A program made the translations under genes and the position numbers. Positions 55,931-64,000 of a stretch of 64,000 bases of DNA are shown in pieces. Position 1 is the first letter of the stretch, and each line of letters starts with the position of its first letter. Source of the stretch: Camelus dromedarius. Its lineage: Eukaryota. The stretch spans positions 31,372,001 to 31,436,000 of the forward strand of contig NC_087441.1 of assembly GCF_036321535.1 (NCBI RefSeq). The letters run 5' to 3'. The notes beneath the pieces are model-generated. The model had not been told where the DNA came from and searched no databases. It worked only from the letters and a program-made list of their open reading frames with translations.

Positions 55931-57125
55931 TTTCACACTGTCCTTCTTCAGGCCTGAGGTTTTCATAATCCAGTCACTTAGTAACTACTCCCCCTCTGTT
56001 TTGTTTAAAAGGGAAATTTACCCTCCCCAGTTTTTGTGTAAAGATTAAAGGATTTCTAAGATGTATTATTATCGAAGGCCAACATTTCCAATATTACGCT
56101 GCAAATTCTAATAGATTGAGCTGCAGAAAGATCCCGAATAGAAATCTTCAATTGTTGATCTGTTGTTTTCAAGCCAGGATTCAAATTAAGCTTAAAATAT
56201 TTTGTCCATCACTAAATGATCAGGATTGATGCATAACTGCTGGTAAAAACGTAGAAACCAGCAGTAAAGAGAGGTGAGACTATGTCTGGAGCCCTACCGA
56301 GAGGAGCAGGTAGGAGACGCTGCTGTACCATAAATCGAAGTAACATGATCTTTATTTCTAGAGAAAATCACTGTCAGCCCGATAGCGGAGAATCTCAGGA
56401 CTGGGAAGGAGTGTTATACTTTAGCTTTAAGGCAACTCTAATTCAGAGAAAGAGTAATAACTATTCCCAAACAGGGAAAACCAGCATTTTTCCTTCATCC
56501 TAATTGGTAGAGGCACAGCCGATGAATTGGACTGATCTGCTCTAGCCAGGTATGGTGGCCAAAGATCGATGCATTTTGTCAGAGTTAATCACCTAAGAGA
56601 GAGCTTATACAACAAACAGGTAGTGCTACCCCGTCTGGCGAGCCTGGTATCTTGTGTCCATTGGAGAACCCACGGAAGTACAACAGCATGCATGGCTTTT
56701 AAGACACGCAAGAGATTTACATTTAAAAATCACTTGATACCCAAAAGCATGACAGTAGATTAACTGCCTGTTAGTCACAACTAGAAAAATTGCAACCCTA
56801 TTGCTTATTTACCTGGCATGCTGCTTTGCTTTGCTATTAAAAAAAAAAAAGTTTTAAGATGAAATGAGCTGAATTTTGAAATGTTAAAGATTTCTTTCTC
56901 TGTCTATTATATCAAATAATTGGGTTTTAGTTTCCTCGTTGCAGGTTTTTTTTTTAAACACTTTGAGCATGTGGTTTTGCAACGATACTCTCAGGGGAAG
57001 AAATAGAAATCAGAGTGAAAGAAAGCACTGTATATTATAAAAGGCTTTCAGATTTTGTAAATACATAAAGAAGGTTCTTTACGTTAAGTTAAACGAATGC
57101 TTAGATTAGTTGATATAAGTGTAAG

Positions 57126-57440
57126 NNNNNNNNNNNNNNNNNNNNNNNNNNNNNNNNNNNNNNNNNNNNNNNNNNNNNNNNNNNNNNNNNNNNNNNNNNN
57201 NNNNNNNNNNNNNNNNNNNNNNNNNNNNNNNNNNNNNNNNNNNNNNNNNNNNNNNNNNNNNNNNNNNNNNNNNNNNNNNNNNNNNNNNNNNNNNNNNNNN
57301 NNNNNNNNNNNNNNNNNNNNNNNNNNNNNNNNNNNNNNNNNNNNNNNNNNNNNNNNNNNNNNNNNNNNNNNNNNNNNNNNNNNNNNNNNNNNNNNNNNNN
57401 NNNNNNNNNNNNNNNNNNNNNNNNNNNNNNNNNNNNNNNN
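57126..57440 (+). other. SOGA3: N-run (315 nt), probable location of the SOGA3 terminal coding exon
   Basis: Inference only. No hydrophobic MFQPIILL-like exon found by eye in 55774-64000, and this is the only masked interval there. Confidence 0.5.
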
Positions 57441-59238
57441 TACTACCACCAATTTCAATAAGAAGCCCAAGCATTAAAAATTTCAGGTAAGAGAGTAAGT
57501 ATGACTTCTCTTTTTATAAATCATCTTAATTTTTGCTTCTTTCCTCTACTCCTTGATTTGTACTTTTCTTGATAAATAACTATGAATGACTGTAAAAATT
57601 GCCTAAGTCTCTCAATTATGTCTCAGTAGTTGACTGTTATGATAATTCAAAAGCTGTACATTCACAAGTTGGTCACATTTTAGAAAATATATAGATTTAT
57701 AAAGTACCTTTGCTAGGTTGCATCAGACTAACAAGATAATTTTGATATGCAGTAAACATCAATGAAAATTATGGTGAACAAATGAAATGTGGTCATCATG
57801 GAAACTAAACAATTTATCGTGATGCTGATGCTGTTATGTCTAAAAAGATGTGTTTGGAAGCAAGAAAGTGGATTAGGTTTTAGTTCGTTGAGAAAGGAAT
57901 TATCCTCACCCTATTGCATTTGACCAGCTTCTATGCATTCCAACCAAACCAGCCATTTCTGAATTTGCCTATTATACTTGGAGCCGTATGTTACTAAGCA
58001 AGTTTGTTGCCCAGAGTCCTGTCTGCTATAACAGGTCACCACACAGAACTGCTTTTGGAGCAAGAAATATGCTAGAAATACGGTATGTGAGATATTTTGA
58101 GTAGGAGAAAAAAATAGTCATTCTCTAGAATTTCATTAAATCAGTCTAAAGCCAAGAGCATCGTTCCAGTGGGAGCTGATCTGTAGACGTAAACTTACTC
58201 TGGTGAACCTGACCATTGCATTTTCTCCTCCTACCTAAAGTGGCCTGGTAGGTGTCATGTACCCAGAAGGCCCAGTTCTGTCCCTTTCATTGGCAACTTA
58301 CTGAGTGGAAAGCTGGATTGCACCACTGCCACCAAGACTCAGAAATCTTGCACTCATTGAAGTCACGTACTTGGAAATTCTTGCATATTGGTTGGCAGAT
58401 ATGAAAATCTGGGGTAAAGTCTCTTGCCCTCGGCATAAAGAATAATATACGTAAAATCTTTGCTCTAATATGAAAGTTGGTACTGGTAACAGTCTTTTGA
58501 ATCCTCATCGATTTCCCTTTGAGTATTAATTTAAAAAAAACTACACAATGTTGAAAATTCAGTTTATAATAACTACTCGTAATTTATTTGTGGTTTTGAT
58601 TTTGTTTTGATTTGCGGGGAGGAGAGACCTGGCGTGAGGAGTGGCTAACCAACAGCTTGAATCTGTCACTATGTACTTTTCACATTGGAGATTCAAAAGG
58701 CTTTATTGACCTTCATGACAGAGAAAAAGCTAATAACAGAAATGCTATATTTAATCAACTATTCGTGTTAATTTTAAAAAATTTTCGTCTCAAGGGGAAC
58801 AGCCACTTTAAAAATCAAAATTTGTCCTTTGCTAAGCCTCTAGACTGCCATCTCAGAGAAACCATCTTGGCAGTGGACTTGGAACTGGAAGTAAATGTTT
58901 CAGGGCTGAAATTTATCTGAAATAAGTATTGCCTTTGGAGCCAGATACACCCAGCTAAGCAATGATTCTCAGCTATGTATGAGCATTTGGTAGTTTATAG
59001 CTGCTGTGGGTTGTCACAATGACTGGGAAGCTCTATTGGCATTTTGAGGAAAGGAGTCAGAATCTCATATAATCGTCCTACCCAAATTGCCTGTGTTGTC
59101 CCTGTGGGGGAGTGTGGTGTGCAGTGCACTTATCCTCTTCAGAAGTATCACGGATCTTCACTCCCCTCTGTGGCTTTAACTGGCTTTAGAATTGAAACTT
59201 TCTTTACCATGAGAAGTGTAAAAAACTAAATAACTAGA

Positions 59239-59375
59239 TCAGTGGTTCTCAACCCGAGCTGCACATCAGAATTCTTGGCATGTTTGTAGAATTGAGACCC
59301 TACTTCACACTAATTGAAATCAAATGTATGAACCCAAGCATGTATATATCTTTTTAAACTCCCAAGAACCATTTA
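59239..59375. mobile_element. MER5-type hAT-Charlie fragment
   Basis: cagtggttctcaacc...gctgcacatcagaat...ttttaaactccc. Confidence 0.65.
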
Positions 59376-60155
59376 TTTAGATGTTTGAATATATATATAT
59401 ATATATACTTAGCCTATACCAAGGTCACAGTAAACTATGTGACACTAGCTGTGTAGAATTATCAGCTGTCTAGGCTTTAGCAGACCTTGAATTTCCAAGC
59501 ATTCAGTGGATATCCATATCCTCTCTAGAGCATGTCTACCTTTGTCATACGGCCTTTGCCAGAAGACCTCTAATGACAAAGCAGTTGTTTCCACACTGGT
59601 GGTAGTGTTAAAAAAAACTCCCCTTTCATTAATATAGATTTTTGAAACAAACAAAATCAAAGACGAATAGGAATAATACATGACAGGAAGGAGACCCACG
59701 ATGAATAGTGTGCATGTGCAGGGTCACACACACACCTGGAGACACAGGCACAAGTGAGCGCTGAGTTAAAGCCACAGGATGGTCCCCTCACACACCCTAA
59801 CAAACCACCACTTGGTCATTATACAGTTACCTCTGCCACAGAGCTTCCCCATGCAATCTGTAGAGAGGATATGGTGTCCCACACATCTACCAGGAATGAT
59901 GGATGCCAACTGACTCTACCCTCCAACCCAGATGAGAAAGCATACATAAGAGATGTGAGAATGGAGCAAAGAGAGCGTGGCTCCTCTATTGAACAAACAT
60001 TTTGAATTGTTGGCTGATAGAGGAAACTGAAGTTCAGTTTCTACTTTTTTACAGCTTTCCATTGGTTGATTGACCAGCACAGACAAGTAAATAGCTAACT
60101 CTAACATGTACTCTTATTGAAGTGCAAAAAAGGTTTGGGGTTGCAATTTATTGTT

Positions 60156-60770
60156 TGTTAGATACCTGATAGTGCAGGGCTAGTCCCTATAGCTCAGTGG
60201 TAGCTTGTGACCTGAGCAAGAAGGGAGAGGCTGACCAAGCTTTGGGCTAACCGAAACACAGATCTCCTGTGAGGAATTACTGTTGTCCTGGCAACAGGGG
60301 CATTAATCTTACCTATGGCCAGCTGAAAATTAGCACTTGCCATCTCCTCTGCTTGAATTAGGCTATGAGCCTCTGCAGCCGCTGACGTCCAACACACCCC
60401 GAAAGGAGTTCAGGAATGAGGTGCTCTGTGCTCTGGGAAAACTGGCGGAACAGGACTTCAGATAGTTAGATATTTTCAGGAGAAGATTTTATGGGCCCAG
60501 ATTCTTGCGTTTCCTCCTCTCTAGAAAAGCACTAAATTCATTAACGATGACATCTGCTCCTCGTGACTAAAGCAAGCCTCTGCCTGAAATGTGTGCTTCA
60601 CTGCACGTACCCCCGTCACTAAAATCTGTCATACTGAGTTCTCCCCTGCCTCTTCGGAGCTGCTCCTCAGAGCTCTCTGAGATGCTGCCTTCCAGGCTGT
60701 AGTCCTCACTTTGCCCCAAATAAAACTTAACCCACAACTCTCATGTTGCATGATTTTATTTCAGTTGACA
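60156..60770 (+). mobile_element. ERV class I-like solo LTR (artiodactyl type)
   Basis: TG...CA termini (tgttagat...ttcagttgaca), about 615 bp. R/U5-like end agtcctcactttgccccAATAAAacttaacccacaactctcatgttg resembles artiodactyl ERV1 LTRs. No clear TSD, so the 5' end is approximate. Confidence 0.75.
60719..60724 (+). terminator. AATAAA polyadenylation signal within the LTR
   Basis: Canonical hexamer followed by a T/GT-rich stretch, in the same orientation as SOGA3. Confidence 0.5.
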
Positions 60771-63034
60771 CTATGGACTCCTAAGGTGTTGATTTTATAG
60801 AAGAATTTTGTGAAAATTCTGAACTCCATCCAGACTCTCCATATAAGGGTCCCCATTGGTGAGCAGGAAAAGGACTGACCTGGCTATTGCTCACAGATTC
60901 TGGGGGATTTGGGGTCACTCTGACAGCTTCTCTGAGGTTTGTGAAGCAACTTTACTCTATGGGCCAATTCCAGGGAGGCTCTTTCCAACTCTGCCCTACC
61001 CACTGCATCCCAGTTTTGTGCCTGTGTGTAGGCACCCAGTTCTACACACTGTGGTGTACAGTGAGAAGTTTATCCAGTGTCAGGGAATTCAGACCTGCCT
61101 CTGTCTCAGGGGACTGCTGGGGGCCAGTAGATGGAGGTTGGTCTCAGCAAACAGCCAGCTGCTTCTCCCTGGAAGTTAAAGCTTTTCTGTGGGTACCTAG
61201 GATCTCTCCCTTACACCACAGGACATATATGTGGGAGAAAAGTTAACAAAGATGGTGCCCAGTACCTTAGAAAGAGAGCCCTCGGTATCTCCTTCTCCAC
61301 CCCTTGGTCTTCTTACTTGCATCATCTTTGTTGCATAAAGCTAGTTCCAAAAGAGGAACACTCAGGCTTCTTTGTGCATCAAAAGAACAGATTCCTCCAA
61401 TTATTGAGACCAGGAATCTTGTCCTGTTTGCACCTTTGAAGCTGTGCTATTTAAACATCATGCTGAAAATAAATTCAAACAAACGAAATTTATTGAAGAA
61501 AAATTCCTTTGCGTGCACATTCCTGGGCATAGGAAGGAGTGTCTTTGGTAATTTGGCCTAGATTTAAGAAAAAAAAAATTCAATTGGCTATTTGTAAGCA
61601 AAACGGGCTTAAACTCCTGAAACCAAGGAAAACTCAGTGTGGAGCCTGGAATGTGTGTTGGCCTGCACTCTCGAGCCTTCCCTTGGGTTTGTGTGGTGGA
61701 ATGGGATATGGTAGGTCATCCACTGCCAGGGAGGTTTGGAATATCAGTTTGGTAGCTAAGCTTTAACTCTAAATATTCACGCGGTGGTTGAAGCTGTACT
61801 CTTACAGAACCACAGCCCACTTCCCTCTGGTGGAGGCATGCTCTGGATCAGATGCCTTCATTGGATGTAAGGATTGGAGAGAAGGTGGCAGAGGAGAGTA
61901 TCAGAAAGTGCGAAAAGTTGGCAACACTTTTCGGAACCACTTTCAAGTAGATGCTGTTGTAACCTCACTTGATCAGGGAGCAGGAGCAGGAAGGGCACCA
62001 CTCACCTCTTAAACATTCCACTTGGGAAGTTTCCACCTTTCACTGCCCGCTGGTAAGTCAGGCTGTGTTGCCCTTAAGAACTTCATCTTAATTTTATCCT
62101 TAAGATGTTTATGTTTAATAAGCTTAAATGTACTGACATTTCTTGATTATTCCATTTCATTGTTACAATTAGAGAGGGTTTGTTAGTTCACAGTTGTATG
62201 AGTTTTCCCATAGTTGTTTTTCAAAATAAGATACCATCAAAACCCAACACCTGGAAATAAAATGATAAGATTTTATAAATTCATAGAATTTACTGTGATA
62301 TAAGAGCACATTGTCAGTGGTGTTTAGCAGTTCTTCAGCCTTTCAGAAAATATTCACATAACTTTTTGACTTAATGGATTAGAATGCTTCTTTGGATGTT
62401 GTCCAAACCAAAATTCCTATTTAGGGTGTTTCAAACGTAGTTCATAATATTTTGATTTTGTTTTAATTCTTTTTCTTTTAAATTATCAGCACATTTTTAG
62501 ATGTAGTAAATAAAGTTTTATATTGTACCAGAATAAATACTAAATAAACAGGATGCTGGGGGATCGCACTAATTTACAAACTAGAGCCTTTCAGAAAAGT
62601 TTGGAAGACTCACTCATTACACAAAATGGCAAATGGCTCTGAAGTCTTCAGGAAGGATGCAGCTGTTTCAGGAGCTTCATTATACTGCCTACTCCGGAGA
62701 TGGTGCTCTGGGAATTACCAATTCTGAAAAAGTGTGCTTTACTATTTATTTTCTGTGGTCTCTTCTGAGTGTTTTGAGTTGAGCGGCTTACATAATCTGT
62801 GTTAACAAGCAAGGAGCATAAGTGATCCTCAAAGGCTGACAAACATTTCTTTCCTGAGATTGTCCAATGTAGTGTACCTTTGAAGTCAACCAGTCAGCTC
62901 TGTGAGTTCATGTTGAAAGTTTTTGCCTTAACCTGTGTGTTTGAAAATTTAAAGAGTGTGAGAGACAAAGAGAAGCTCATCAGTTTGTCCACTTGCTTCA
63001 GATGACTTAGTGAGGGCAGAGAGTTGAAGAGCTT

Positions 63035-63059
63035 AAAAAAAAAAAAAAAAAAAAAAAAA
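63035..63059. repeat. Poly(A) mononucleotide run (about 25 nt)
   Basis: Uninterrupted A run with no recognisable retroelement body upstream. Confidence 0.9.
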
Positions 63060-64000
63060 GACCTTAGAGCATCTTTTATTCCTTAAAGTCAGAAAACTCA
63101 ATTTAGGGTCTAGTTTATAATTCCCTTTCTTTTTCATGAACATGTGCAGTTTTTGCACAATCTATTCCCTCCCTATCATTAAGTCCTGGCCAGATAAAGC
63201 AGATTTAAACTATTTAAATAGACATCCTAAGTGTGAACCTAGATCAGCCATTGAGAACTTTGGAGGTGGGGGTTTCAGCAAAATGAATTGATTCTAGATT
63301 TTTAGAATCTGAGCTCCTTTACCTGAAAGGAAATGTGCATCTCCTGAAGCACCAGGACCACTGTATGGAGGGTCTTAGCATTATTCTAACTGCTAAGACT
63401 CCATACAGTGGAAAAAACCACAGTAAAGCAGCCAAAGGAAGAGACAGTTGAAGGAAAATGAGGTTCCCCCAGCATTGGGCCTTCAAATTTTGGCATGAAG
63501 AAGCTGTCCAGGAAGAGAAACTCATGCCTCTGGTCACACTCCTCACTTTCAAAGGAATGTGATTTCTTCCTAAGGAGCTATTGGTTTGAAGTACTGATAT
63601 TTGTAGAAAGTAAATGGATTAAAAAATAGCAGGGTGGAGGCAAAACAGTTGGAAAAGAGAAGGAAGATGTAGGAATCTTACTGTGCAAAATATTTTGATG
63701 GCAACAACAACAGAAGAATATATTGTAAGGGCCAAGCATAGCAGTCAAGGTATTGTGTTTAGAGGACTTACTGTGGACTTACTGAGAGACCTTGGTGTGG
63801 AAGGTGGGTCCAGGTGGCTCTGCAGAAGTCCTCTGATCCGAGGCGATCCAAGGCTATGGTGAGGTGTGACTGTGGGCCTCCCTTTCTCTACCCTTATCTC
63901 CAGATCCTTTACTGTAAACTTCTCACATCACGATGCCACATTTCTTTGCACCTGGGCACCAAGATTTCTCACATTAACCCCTCAAAATCTAGCACCCACT

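Noticed and set aside
58287-58508. Minus-strand ORF containing RDFNEC, resembling a calcium-binding EGF start
   Set aside because: Cys spacing does not continue as EGF and there are no supporting splice sites. Chance match.
60188-60203. tatagctcagtggtag, a tRNA/SINE A-box-like 16-mer
   Set aside because: No B box, cloverleaf or tail follows, and it lies inside the LTR. Not a tRNA gene or SINE.

Overview
Mammalian genomic DNA, most likely a camelid, judged from three tRNA-Ala-derived vic-1-type SINEs. About 18 kb of repeat-rich intergenic sequence is followed by the + strand gene SOGA3 (MTCL3). It has a CpG-rich promoter at about 18.3-19.5 kb and five visible coding exons (21222-22316, 22776-23000, 24784-24942, 48515-48586, 54598-55773) with GT-AG, phase-0 introns, totalling 909 codons including the N-masked part. 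The expected short hydrophobic terminal exon is not visible and probably lies in the N-run at 57126-57440. The rest is L1, L2, MIR, MaLR/ERV LTR, MER5 and SINE remnants plus microsatellites. There is no CRISPR array, rRNA or true tRNA gene. The best leads are regulatory. (1) An L2-derived REST/RE1 site lies about 1 kb upstream of the promoter. (2) Three alternative acceptors would set 5, 2 or 0 upstream ATGs in front of the start codon. (3) An NES-like motif is bracketed by Gly8 and Ala8. (4) A weak GAGGAG tandem acceptor competes with a strong stop-introducing acceptor. (5) The 3' end combines an ATTAAA, a splice donor and an LTR AATAAA, which bears on SOGA3-KIAA0408 read-through. All of these are hypotheses from sequence reading. 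Family names and human comparisons are from memory, not from database searches.
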